NCBI GenBank assembly: GCA_041499375.1
Contig: JBGQKD010000011.1
Span: 30,214-94,213 of the forward strand
Reading direction: 5' to 3'
Length of the DNA: 64,000 nt
Source: Gemmatimonadota bacterium
Lineage (GTDB): Bacteria > Gemmatimonadota > Gemmatimonadetes > Gemmatimonadales > GWC2-71-9
Below the pieces are notes generated by a model, which did no database searches, was not told the DNA's origin, and was given only the letters and a program-made list of their open reading frames with translations. Positions 35,364-44,461 of the stretch are shown piece by piece; within the stretch, counting starts at the first letter, position 1; each line of letters begins with the position of its first letter. A program made the position numbers and the translations under genes.

Positions 35364-36544
35364 GGCGACCCGCTTCCGCCCAGCGCGATCGTCCGCACCG
35401 GACCGGGACGCACGGCCACGCGCTCGACGCGGGTCGCGCTGGCGGCCAGGATGTCGAATTCGAGACCCTTGTAGGTGAACCGCTCGCCGGCGCGAGGAAT
35501 GCGGCCCAGCGCCTGGATCAGCAGTCCGCCGACACTTTGCGCACCGCCGCCCAGCGGCAGGCCGAGCTTTTCGGCGAGCGCGGTGGTTGGCGTGCTGCCC
35601 TCGACTTCCACCACCCGGGTCGTGTCGGGCGTGGACGACGACGGCTCGAACAGCTCGCTGACGAGATCGTTGAGCAGGTCCTCGAACGTGACGAGTCCCG
35701 CCGTGCCGCCGAACTCGTCCAGCACGACGGCCAGGTGGCGCCCGCCCCGCTGCATTTCGAGCATCAGGTCGGCGGCCCGCATCGTGCCAGGAACCGTCAG
35801 CGGCGGCCGCACCAGGATGGGATCCTCCGGCTGGCGGCCGAGCAGATCGAGTGTGTGGGCGACGCCGACCACTTCATCCAGGGACCCGCGGTACACGGGA
35901 TAGCGGCTGTACCCCGATTGCTGCAGCACATGGGCGGCCTCGGCGGTCAGGATGCCTTCCGGAAACGCGACGACTGCCGTCCGCGGCGTCATCAGCTCGC
36001 GCACCGGACGATCGGCGAACGCGAGCACCCCCGAGACGACCGCCATTTCATCGGTCGAGGCGAGGGCGGCGGTATCGGCGCTCGTCAGCAGCGCGGCGAG
36101 AGTGGTGCGCGTCGATCCCTCGCGTCGTGGGATGAAGGGCGACAACACTGTCCCGAAGCGCTCCATCAGCGGCACGGCATGTCCCACCAGTGGTTCGGCC
36201 CAGCGCCTCCCCAGGACGCGCGGTACCAGGTACGCGGCGCTGATGAACAGCGGCACGCCGACCGCGATCGTGAAGATCCCGAGGAAAGTTGGCGTAGTGG
36301 CAGCCAGCAGGGCGGGAATCGCGCCCGCCGCGAGCAGCACGCCGACCGTCGTCAGCATGTTGGATGTGGCGAGTGTCTGCCCCGGGTTTTGCAGCACGCT
36401 CACCGTGGCCGCCGAGCCACGCAGCTTGTAGGCCACCCAGCGCGTCAGCTCGTGCTGGCTCACGGTGGCCGCCGCGACGCCGATCGCCGCCGACACACCG
36501 GCCAACAGGAGGCCGACCAGCAAGACCGCGAGTGCGACGCTCAT
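35360..36544 (-). CDS. CNNM/CorC-family protein (DUF21-CBS pair-CorC_HlyC)
   Basis: It has an N-terminal DUF21 TM region, a CBS pair (MTPRTAVVAF) and a C-terminal transporter-associated domain. The start forms an ATGA overlap with the upstream stop. Confidence 0.85.
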   Translation of the reverse strand: MSVALAVLLVGLLLAGVSAAIGVAAATVSQHELTRWVAYKLRGSAATVSVLQNPGQTLATSNMLTTVGVLLAAGAIPALLAATTPTFLGIFTIAVGVPLFISAAYLVPRVLGRRWAEPLVGHAVPLMERFGTVLSPFIPRREGSTRTTLAALLTSADTAALASTDEMAVVSGVLAFADRPVRELMTPRTAVVAFPEGILTAEAAHVLQQSGYSRYPVYRGSLDEVVGVAHTLDLLGRQPEDPILVRPPLTVPGTMRAADLMLEMQRGGRHLAVVLDEFGGTAGLVTFEDLLNDLVSELFEPSSSTPDTTRVVEVEGSTPTTALAEKLGLPLGGGAQSVGGLLIQALGRIPRAGERFTYKGLEFDILAASATRVERVAVRPGPVRTIALGGSGSP

Positions 36545-37716
36545 CGCTTTTCGAACGACACTTGGGTGACGCGGCGCTGCTCGACGCGCTCCACGACCAC
36601 GCGGTAGCCGTCCAGCGTCAGCTCGTCTCCGGGTCGGGGAACACGTCCGAGGACCGAGTACACGAGCCCGCCGACCGTCGAGACTTCGGCATGCGCGATC
36701 GTCGTGCCCAGCGCCGCCGAGAGGTCGTCGAGACTGGTGCGCCCATCCACCCAGAGCCGCGTCCCGTCCTGGCGAATCGCCGGCGTCGTCTCCGTGTCAT
36801 GCTCGTCGCGGATCTCGCCCACGATTTCCTCGAGAATGTCTTCGCGGGTGATCAATCCCGAGGTCCCGCCGAACTCGTCAACGACGATCGCGATGTGCGC
36901 GGGCGTTCCCTGAAAGTCGCGGAGCTGATTGTCGAGCGTCTTGGTCTCGGGAACGAACGCCGCCGGCCGCATGAGCGCGTGCCAGCCCGTACCCGATTCC
37001 GCGAGTCCCATCGCGATGGGCACGAGGTCCTTTGCGAACACCACGCCGCCGACGTTGTCGGGTGAGCCGTCGAGGACCGGCAACCGGGAGTGCTGGCTTT
37101 GCCGGAAGGCCTCGAGGACCTCTTCGGTGGACGCCGAGACGTCCACGCCTTTCATGTCGAGGCGCGGGGTCATGACCTCGTCCACCGTCGTGTCGGCCAG
37201 CGTGAAGACGCCGAGGAGCATGTCGCGCTGCGCGACACCAAGATCGGGTTGCATGGGGCGAGGCGTGTGGACCAGGGCGTGCAAGCCGCGATCGGCCCAC
37301 GCGAGCAGCCACAGGAGCGGGCCGAACGGCGCGAGCGTGCGGCGCGCGAGCGGGAGCGCGGCGTCGGACAGCTCCGGGGCAATCCGGGCCACACTGCGCG
37401 GCAAGGCGTCGCCGACGATGAAAAGGAGCAGTGTGCCGATGACCAGGGTGACGAGCGCTTCCGCCCAAGGTCTGGTCCACCACGCCACCGCGTTGGCGGT
37501 GGCGACGGCACCCAACACGAGCAACGCCAGACGTGCCACGTGCAGCGCGCGATGCAGCGGCACGCGGCGCTCGGCGGCTATCGGTGGGGCATCACCCAGG
37601 GTGTGGAGCGCTTCGCCCACCGCGGCTTCTTCGGCCAGGGCGAGCAGCGCGGCCCAGACGCCCGCGCTGACGGCGACAACCAGCCCAATGAGGCGCAACG
37701 CGGCTTCGGTCAGCAT
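36541..37716 (-). CDS. CNNM/CorC-family protein, second paralogue
   Basis: The architecture is the same (VMTPRLDMKGVD, HIAIVVDEFGGTSGLITREDILEEIVGEI). The ATG at 37716 shares one nt with the ybeY TAA stop (TAATG). The track start at 37758 is an alternative. Confidence 0.85.
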   Translation of the reverse strand: MLTEAALRLIGLVVAVSAGVWAALLALAEEAAVGEALHTLGDAPPIAAERRVPLHRALHVARLALLVLGAVATANAVAWWTRPWAEALVTLVIGTLLLFIVGDALPRSVARIAPELSDAALPLARRTLAPFGPLLWLLAWADRGLHALVHTPRPMQPDLGVAQRDMLLGVFTLADTTVDEVMTPRLDMKGVDVSASTEEVLEAFRQSQHSRLPVLDGSPDNVGGVVFAKDLVPIAMGLAESGTGWHALMRPAAFVPETKTLDNQLRDFQGTPAHIAIVVDEFGGTSGLITREDILEEIVGEIRDEHDTETTPAIRQDGTRLWVDGRTSLDDLSAALGTTIAHAEVSTVGGLVYSVLGRVPRPGDELTLDGYRVVVERVEQRRVTQVSFEKR

Positions 37717-38084
37717 TAGCGGAGGAGTCTTTTGACGTAGCGCTCCTGCAGCTGCCACATGCGTGAGCGGGTCCGGCCCGCACCGTCGGGATGATCGTAT
37801 CCCAACACGTGCAGCGTCCCGTGGACGGCCAACCGGATGAGCTCTGCGCGCAGTCCGGCACCGTTGTGGGCTGCCCCGGCCGCCGCGTCGGGAGAGATGT
37901 AGACGTCACCCAGTAGTCGTCCGTCAGGCTGGGGCAGCGAATACGCGATCACGTCGGTCAAGGCGCGGCGGCCGGTGGCGCGACGGTTGGCGCGGCGCAT
38001 GGCCGCGGCTGGCAACAGCGTGATCTCGACGTGCGACCCCGCGGGCGCGCGCTCCCACGCCATCACCCGCTCGGCGACGCGCAT
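37716..38084 (-). CDS. ybeY: rRNA maturation endoribonuclease YbeY
   Basis: The zinc motif HGTLHVLGYDH is present. The ATG at 38084 is preceded by GAGGA. The alternative start at 38135 would overlap pgpH by 44 nt. Confidence 0.85.
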   Translation of the reverse strand: MRVAERVMAWERAPAGSHVEITLLPAAAMRRANRRATGRRALTDVIAYSLPQPDGRLLGDVYISPDAAAGAAHNGAGLRAELIRLAVHGTLHVLGYDHPDGAGRTRSRMWQLQERYVKRLLR

Positions 38085-38091
38085 CAGGTCC

Positions 38092-40266
38092 TCAGCGCGC
38101 GGTCGCCGGGTGCCAGGCCGCACTGATGCCGCCACTGGACTCCGGGTAATCGATGCGATTGTGATACATCCCGCTCAAGACCCTGAGGAACGCGGCCTTC
38201 ACCTGCTCGATCTGCTGCAGCGTGAGCGGGGCTTCATCGAGCTGGCCCGCGTTGACCTTGGTGCGCACGATGTGGTCGATCGCTTCCTCGATCTTCTGTG
38301 GGGTCAGGTCCTCGAGGACGCGCAGCGCCGCTTCGACCGAGTCGGCGATCATCGAAATCGCCGTCTCCATCGACCGCGGCTTCGGACCCGGATATGTGAA
38401 GTCCTCCGCATTGCGGGCCTGGCCGCCGTCGGACTTCTTCGCCTTGTCGAGGAAGTAGGTGATCTCCGTCGTCCCGTGATGCTCGGGGATGAACGCCGCA
38501 ACCGAATCGGGAAGCTGGGCTTCTCGAGCGAGCGCGAGGCCATCGGTGACGTGCGCCTTGATGATCTGCGCCGATTGCAGCGGCTTCAGCCGGTCGTGGG
38601 GATTGTTGCCCGGGATCTGGTTCTCCACGAAGTACAGCGGATTCTTGACCTTTCCGATGTCGTGGTAGTAGCACCCGACGCGTCCCAGGAGGCCGTTCGC
38701 GCCGATGCGGTTACAGGCCGCCTCGACGAGGTTCGCCATCGCCACGCTGTGGGCGTAGGTCCCGGGCGCCTCGAGCGACAGGCGGCGCAACAACGGCCGG
38801 CTGGGATCGGACAACTCCAGCAGGGTCAGATCGGTCGTGATGTGCGTGATCGACTCGGCGACCGGCAACAGGAAGAAGGTGAGTCCCGCCGACACCAGAC
38901 CGTTCAGCGCGCCTCCGAGGCCGCGGAGCCCGATGTCCCCGACCGGCCAGCCGCTCGACAGCCCGAGGGCGAGGGCGCCCGCGAGGTATCCGGCCGCGAT
39001 GATCAGCACGGGCGCGTAGAAGTTGCTGCGGCTGCGCAACGTCTTCACGGAGAGGGCCGCGGTGACTCCGCCGACGACGCAGAGGAACGTCGCGGGAACG
39101 TCGTGAAGCACCGGCTGCTGCCCGATTACGACCGCCAGAATCATCCCGGCGATCATGGATACGCGGCCGTTGAAGAGCACCGTCATCATCATGGCGAGGA
39201 ACGGCATGAAAATGACTTCCGGGTGCGCCGGGTAAAACCGCGCGACGAGTCCCGCCTGTGTCAGCAGCACGGCGAACAGCCCGCCGATCAAGGACACCTG
39301 GCGCAGATCGCGGTAGGTCTCGCGCCGGTAGAAGACCAGCAGGACCCAGAAGATCGCGATGATCAGCGAGTCGCGGAGCAGCGGGCCGATGACGCCGCGG
39401 ATCGAGTACGTCGTGGCGGCACCGCGGCGGAGCAGCTCCTGATGCAGCGTCACGAGCCGCTCGTGGGCCTCGTTCGTCACAACCTCATTTGCGCCCACGA
39501 TCCGATCGCCGGCGCGCACGATGTATTTGCTGGGGTCGACGCTGCCGCGCAGCTCGTTGCGGCGCCGCTCCGTTTCCAGCGGCCTGGGGATCAGCGTGGC
39601 CCGGAAGAATTGCCGCACGAGCTTGAGATACAACACGTCTCCGACACTCGACCCCGCGTCGGGGTGCAGCTGCTTGGCGCGGTTCAAGTATTGCGCGAAT
39701 GTCAGCACCTGATCCCGGATCACCGATGACTCCGTCGAGCCCCGACGCACGATCAACTCGCGTGACTGCTCGCCCTGGAGGACGCCGGGTCCGGTGACGC
39801 CCTGCGCCAGGGTTCGGTCGAACAGCCTTTCGAGCGACTGCTGCAGCGCGCGCCGCTTCCCGCCTTTGCTGAGATAGGCCGCTTCCTGCAGCGTCACGGG
39901 CACGCCGAATTGGCCGGCCGCGCGGATGATCGCCTGCGGGCCTTGATCCGCCGCGGCGTCCACGGCGGCGAAGAACGCGGCCATTGTGGTCGACGCACTG
40001 TCGTACGCGTGCTGGCGGAACTCGTAGATCGGCTTGGCCGAGGCCGCGAGCTCTTCGGCTTCACGCTGCAGCTCGTCTTCCGACTTGTTCACGACAAAGT
40101 TGAACGGCGCGACGATTTCCTTGTCGGCGCGGGCGCCAGGCTCGAGCAACGGTGCCACGTCGGCGCCGCCGGACGGGAACGCGACATGCGCGACGAGCGC
40201 CAGCGCCGGGACCCAGATCCAGCGCGCGACATGGTAGCGCACCTGTTCCTGCGTCGGGAGCTTCAT
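38092..40266 (-). CDS. pgpH: 7TM-HD membrane phosphohydrolase, PgpH family (cyclic-di-AMP phosphodiesterase type)
   Basis: It has an extracellular N-domain, seven TM segments, and a C-terminal HD domain with YYHDIGK and PEHHGTT. It occupies the conserved position between phoH and ybeY. Confidence 0.82.
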   Translation of the reverse strand: MKLPTQEQVRYHVARWIWVPALALVAHVAFPSGGADVAPLLEPGARADKEIVAPFNFVVNKSEDELQREAEELAASAKPIYEFRQHAYDSASTTMAAFFAAVDAAADQGPQAIIRAAGQFGVPVTLQEAAYLSKGGKRRALQQSLERLFDRTLAQGVTGPGVLQGEQSRELIVRRGSTESSVIRDQVLTFAQYLNRAKQLHPDAGSSVGDVLYLKLVRQFFRATLIPRPLETERRRNELRGSVDPSKYIVRAGDRIVGANEVVTNEAHERLVTLHQELLRRGAATTYSIRGVIGPLLRDSLIIAIFWVLLVFYRRETYRDLRQVSLIGGLFAVLLTQAGLVARFYPAHPEVIFMPFLAMMMTVLFNGRVSMIAGMILAVVIGQQPVLHDVPATFLCVVGGVTAALSVKTLRSRSNFYAPVLIIAAGYLAGALALGLSSGWPVGDIGLRGLGGALNGLVSAGLTFFLLPVAESITHITTDLTLLELSDPSRPLLRRLSLEAPGTYAHSVAMANLVEAACNRIGANGLLGRVGCYYHDIGKVKNPLYFVENQIPGNNPHDRLKPLQSAQIIKAHVTDGLALAREAQLPDSVAAFIPEHHGTTEITYFLDKAKKSDGGQARNAEDFTYPGPKPRSMETAISMIADSVEAALRVLEDLTPQKIEEAIDHIVRTKVNAGQLDEAPLTLQQIEQVKAAFLRVLSGMYHNRIDYPESSGGISAAWHPATAR

Positions 40267-40267
40267 C

Positions 40268-41230
40268 TCAACCCTGCGCGTCCTCGGCGTAGGCGCGGAT
40301 GATGTCGCGCACCAGCCGGTGCCGGACGACGTCGGCGTCGCCGAGGTAGCAGAAGCCGATGCCCTCGATCCCCGGGAGGATCCGCTCGACCTGCAGGAGC
40401 CCGGAGTCCTCGCGGTTGGGGAGATCGATCTGTGTCTTGTCGCCGGTGATCACGGCGCGGGAATTCACGCCCAGACGGGTGAGAAACATCTTCATCTGCA
40501 TTCCCGTCGCGTTTTGCGCTTCGTCGAGAATCACGAACGCATCGCTCAAGGTGCGGCCGCGCATGTAGGCGAGCGGGGCGATCTCGATGGTGCGCGTCTC
40601 CAGCGCCTTCTGCACGCGCTCGCGCGGCATCATGTCCTCGAGCGCGTCGTACAGCGGGCGCAGGTAGGGGTCGACTTTCTCCTGCAGATCCCCGGGGAGG
40701 AACCCGAGGTTCTCGCCGGCCTCGACGGCCGGTCGTGCCAGGATGATGCGACGCACTCGCTTGCGGGCGAGCGCGTCGACCGCGGCGGCAACCGCGAGGT
40801 ACGTCTTGCCGGTACCCGCCGGGCCGATCCCGATGACGATGTCGTGCTCGGCGATCGACCGCAGGTACTCGCGCTGGCCTGCGGTCTTCGGCTGAATGAC
40901 GCGGCGTAACCCCGGGAGAATGATCTTCACCGGATCGGAGGCCGCTCCCTGGCGGCCGAGCTCGCCGTGGGCCTCGTCGGACACCAGGCGCTCCACGTCG
41001 TGCACGTCGAGCGTCTCACCCATGCGCGCGAGGTCGATCAACGCCTGCGCCACGGGGCCGGCGCGCTCGATCGCGGCGGCGGGTCCGGCGAGGGACATGC
41101 TGTCGCCGCGCAGCGAGACCCGCAGGCCCAAACGGCGCGCGAGCTCGAGCAAGTTGGCATCGTTCACGCCGGCCAAGGCCAGCGGATCGACGCCTTCGAC
41201 GGATAGCCGGTGGACGACGTCGTCACTCAT
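40268..41230 (-). CDS. phoH: PhoH-like ATPase (YbeZ)
   Basis: It has a Walker A motif GPAGTGKTYLAVA, plus ILDEAQN and VITGD.TQIDLP. Confidence 0.92.
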   Translation of the reverse strand: MSDDVVHRLSVEGVDPLALAGVNDANLLELARRLGLRVSLRGDSMSLAGPAAAIERAGPVAQALIDLARMGETLDVHDVERLVSDEAHGELGRQGAASDPVKIILPGLRRVIQPKTAGQREYLRSIAEHDIVIGIGPAGTGKTYLAVAAAVDALARKRVRRIILARPAVEAGENLGFLPGDLQEKVDPYLRPLYDALEDMMPRERVQKALETRTIEIAPLAYMRGRTLSDAFVILDEAQNATGMQMKMFLTRLGVNSRAVITGDKTQIDLPNREDSGLLQVERILPGIEGIGFCYLGDADVVRHRLVRDIIRAYAEDAQG

Positions 41231-43001
41231 GAGGAGGCACCACCTTTATGTGAAGTGCGGCGAGATCCTCGGGCCGCGCCGGCGCAGGCGCGCCCTCGAA
41301 CAACGCGCGCGCCGCGGTCGTCTTGGGGAATGCGATCACCTCGCGCAACGACGCGGCGCCCGCGACCAGCATCGCCGTGCGGTCGAACCCCACCGCGAAA
41401 CCGCCATGCGGCGGCGCGCCGGCGGCGAGCGCCGTCAGCAGGAAGCCGAAGCGCGCCTCGATGTCAACCGGTGACAGCCCGAGGTGCGCGAAGACCTTCC
41501 GCTGGATCGCGGGATCGGTGATGCGGATCGAGCCCGAGCCGAGCTCGTTGCCGTTGTACACGGCATCGTAGTGCAGCGCGCGGCAGGCGAACGGGTCGCT
41601 ATCCAGCTTGCCCACGTCGTCCGGATGCGGGGACGTGAACGGATGGTGGGCAAATACCGGCTTCCCCGTTTCCGGATCCGGCTCGAACAGCGGGAAATCG
41701 ACCACCCAGCAAAACGCGTGGGCGAGCTTCGGCTGTGGGGCGAGCCGCCGGATGACTTCCTGCCGCACCTTGTCGAGCGCGGGCGACGTCACGCGGTCGG
41801 GCCCGACCGTCATCAACGCGGCGTCGCCGTCGCCGATGCCGATCCGTCCCAGGGCTTCCGCGGTGAAGTGCTTGCCGACGGAGCCGGACAACTGCTCGCC
41901 CTGGCGCTTCACCCAGGCGAGGCCTGGCGCGCCGTTGGTCTTCGCCGTTTCGGTGAGCTGGTCCACGTCTTTGCGGGACAGCGTGCCGCCACCACGCACC
42001 GCAATGCCGCGAACGCGAGACCCGTTGGTCGCGCCCCCCCCCTGGAAGAACGGCACCGCGAGTGGTTGGACCTGTGCGGTCCAGTCGGTGATCGGAAAAT
42101 CAAAGCGCAGATCGGGCTTATCGGTGCCGTACCGTTCCATCGATTCGCGCCACGTCAAACGCGGGAATGGCCGCGCGATCGTGTGGCCCGCTTCGTCCCA
42201 CAGCGCGACGAGCACCGTCTCGACAAAACCGATCACGTCCTCCTGCCCGACGAACGACGCCTCGATGTCGATCTGCGAGAACTCCGGCTGGCGATCGAAC
42301 CGCAGGTCCTCGTCGCGGAAGCAGCGTGCGATCTGGAAATAGCGGTCGAACCCCGACACCATCAGCAGCTGCTTGTAGATCTGCGGCGACTGCGGCAGCG
42401 CGTAGAACTCGCCCGGATGCACGCGCGACGGCACGAGATAGTCGCGCGCGCCTTCGGGCGTCGGCTTGGTGAGGATCGGGGTGTCGATCTCGAGGAAATC
42501 GAGCTCGCTGAGCGCGCGACGCGCGCGCTGCAGCAGCCGGTGGCGCAGGATCAGATTGGCCTGGAGCTCGGGTCGGCGCAGATCGAGGTGGCGATACTTG
42601 AGGCGCAGCTCTTCGGCGGGCAGCTCCTCGCCCTTGCCGCGCGCGACCGGAATCGCGGGAGTCTCCGCCGGGCCGACGACGCGCAGCGACGTCGCGTGAA
42701 CCTCGACTTCTCCGGTCGCGAGCTCGGTGTTCCGCATGGCGGGAGGACGGGCAACGACCTCGCCCTCGACGAGCACGACGCTCTCCGTCCCCACCGTTTG
42801 GGCGCGGGCAACGAGATCGGGCGACGCCCAACCCGGCCCGACGGCGACCTGTACCAAACCGTCACGATCGCGGAGGTCGATAAACACGATTCCTCCGAGG
42901 TCGCGGCGGCGGTGGACCCAGCCTCCCAGACGAACTCGCTGACCCACGTGCGCTGTCCGCAGCGCGCCGCAGCGATGGGTTCGCAGGGTTGTCTGAGTCA
43001 C
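41223..43001 (-). CDS. aspS: aspartate--tRNA ligase
   Basis: It has an OB-fold N-terminus (GWVHRRRDLGGIVFIDLRDR) and class II motifs FRDEDLR and GGFAVGFDR. Confidence 0.96.
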   Translation of the reverse strand: MTQTTLRTHRCGALRTAHVGQRVRLGGWVHRRRDLGGIVFIDLRDRDGLVQVAVGPGWASPDLVARAQTVGTESVVLVEGEVVARPPAMRNTELATGEVEVHATSLRVVGPAETPAIPVARGKGEELPAEELRLKYRHLDLRRPELQANLILRHRLLQRARRALSELDFLEIDTPILTKPTPEGARDYLVPSRVHPGEFYALPQSPQIYKQLLMVSGFDRYFQIARCFRDEDLRFDRQPEFSQIDIEASFVGQEDVIGFVETVLVALWDEAGHTIARPFPRLTWRESMERYGTDKPDLRFDFPITDWTAQVQPLAVPFFQGGGATNGSRVRGIAVRGGGTLSRKDVDQLTETAKTNGAPGLAWVKRQGEQLSGSVGKHFTAEALGRIGIGDGDAALMTVGPDRVTSPALDKVRQEVIRRLAPQPKLAHAFCWVVDFPLFEPDPETGKPVFAHHPFTSPHPDDVGKLDSDPFACRALHYDAVYNGNELGSGSIRITDPAIQRKVFAHLGLSPVDIEARFGFLLTALAAGAPPHGGFAVGFDRTAMLVAGAASLREVIAFPKTTAARALFEGAPAPARPEDLAALHIKVVPPHE

Positions 43002-43009
43002 GCTCGCGT

Positions 43010-43474
43010 TTATGCGCCTCCCCTCTCCGCATCACACAGGATGCGATAGAATTCTTGTGCATCATTCGCCGCCAGCAGGCGGGTGCGGATCGGCTCGCGT
43101 CGCACGAGCCGCGAGATGCGGCTCAATGCTTTGACATGCGCGCCCGCCTGCGACTCGGGACCGGCGAGTAGGAAGAACAACCGCACCGGTTCACCATCCA
43201 CCGTTTCATAAGGCACGGGAGCGCGCGCCGTGCCGGCAACCGCAACGAGATTGGCGAGGGCTGGAGTCTTGCCATGTGGAACGGCGACGCCGTAGCCGAT
43301 TCCAGTCGGGAACTGCCGCTCCCGCTCCATCACGGCTTGCAGAACATCCGGGGCTGCCCCGTTGCCCCCCCCACCCACCAAGAGGTCGACCAACTCCCGT
43401 AGCACGCCCTCCTTGCTCTGGGCCCTGATAGGGACCCGGATCCGGTCGGGGGTAAGCAATTCGGAGAGCCGCAA
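43010..43474 (-). CDS. PTS EIIA type-2 domain protein (PtsN-like)
   Basis: It carries GIGYGVAVPHGK (phospho-His) and VRLFFLLAGP. An inferred TTG start at 43474 gives an (M)RLSELLTPDRIRV N-terminus typical of EIIA-Ntr. A GTG at 43534 is the alternative. The rest of track ORF 43010-44338 is rejected. Confidence 0.72.
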   Translation of the reverse strand: MRLSELLTPDRIRVPIRAQSKEGVLRELVDLLVGGGGNGAAPDVLQAVMERERQFPTGIGYGVAVPHGKTPALANLVAVAGTARAPVPYETVDGEPVRLFFLLAGPESQAGAHVKALSRISRLVRREPIRTRLLAANDAQEFYRILCDAERGGA

Positions 43475-43500
43475 TGGAGTATGTCCAAGTGCCGTAACCG

Positions 43501-43527
43501 GTTGAAGATAGTTGACTTGAGTTGACG
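43501..43527. promoter_or_regulatory. three GTTGA(C) repeats at exact 10-bp phasing, possibly operator/-35 elements
   Basis: GTTGA occurs at 43501, GTTGAC at 43511 and GTTGAC at 43521. TTGACG (43522-43527), a 16-nt spacer and TAAACG (43544-43549) would put a transcription start at about the ATG at 43556. Confidence 0.3.
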
Positions 43528-43555
43528 GCGCCACAGTCGTGAGTAAACGTTCGGC

Positions 43556-44461
43556 ATGCAACGCATTGGGCTGCTGGTTGTTGGACTGCTGCTGCTCGTT
43601 GCTACGCGAGCGCCCGGACAGCAGGCGACGGGGACGACGCTGTGGCGTGTTGCCGCGACGACGCTTCCGGTCCCTCCCGCCCTCACCGTGGGTCCCGCCG
43701 CCGTCATGTGGAATCCTGCGCAGACGCAGGACAGCGCGCGGGTCCAGCTCGCGCTGGAGGCGATTCAGACGCCCGCCGCGGTCGACGCCACGGGCATCAT
43801 CGCGGCGGTTCGCATTCCCGCCGGCTCGATTGGACAGCTGGGACTGCTCTACGGCCGCGTCGGTTTGAGTGACATCACGCAGACCGTCGATAGCCCTGAT
43901 CCCACGGGTAGCGTGATCCCCGTCTACACGTTCGCACTTGGCGCCACGTGGTCGCGCCTGATCGGCAAGACGAGTGTCGGCGCGACGCTCGCGTTTCACC
44001 AGACGCGTCTCGACCTCGCCCGCGCGGACCGCTGGACGCTCGACGTCGGTGCGAGCCAGCCGCTTGCCGGCGACCGGCTGCGCCTGGCCGCCGCCACGCA
44101 TTTCTTCTCGTCGCTCAGGACCAATGATCCGGCACAGGATATCTACGCCGGCATCGAGGGCCGAATATGGAAGGGCCCGCTGATGACGGACCGCGTCGTC
44201 GTCCGCGGGCGGTACGGCATCTCGTTTGCGCACGGATTCGGCGCCGACCAGCAGTTTGGCGTGGGCGCCGAGTTCGCGAAGACGGTCGCGCTCGATCTGA
44301 TGCTGGCCCGGGAAGGCGGTTACAGCGATGGCACGCATTGGCGGCCCGTCGCCGGCTTGCGACTCGTGATCGGCAAGTATCGCGTCACGCTGGCGCGTGA
44401 CACCGGCGTGAACGACCTCGGCTCGACCTACCGCGTCGGCGTCGAGATGCGGTTTCGGTGA
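43556..44461 (+). CDS. putative outer-membrane beta-barrel protein
   Basis: It has a signal peptide MQRIGLLVVGLLLLVATRAPGQQ, an alternating hydrophobic beta-strand pattern, and a C-terminal ...YRVGVEMRF. Confidence 0.55.
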   Translation: MQRIGLLVVGLLLLVATRAPGQQATGTTLWRVAATTLPVPPALTVGPAAVMWNPAQTQDSARVQLALEAIQTPAAVDATGIIAAVRIPAGSIGQLGLLYGRVGLSDITQTVDSPDPTGSVIPVYTFALGATWSRLIGKTSVGATLAFHQTRLDLARADRWTLDVGASQPLAGDRLRLAAATHFFSSLRTNDPAQDIYAGIEGRIWKGPLMTDRVVVRGRYGISFAHGFGADQQFGVGAEFAKTVALDLMLAREGGYSDGTHWRPVAGLRLVIGKYRVTLARDTGVNDLGSTYRVGVEMRFR

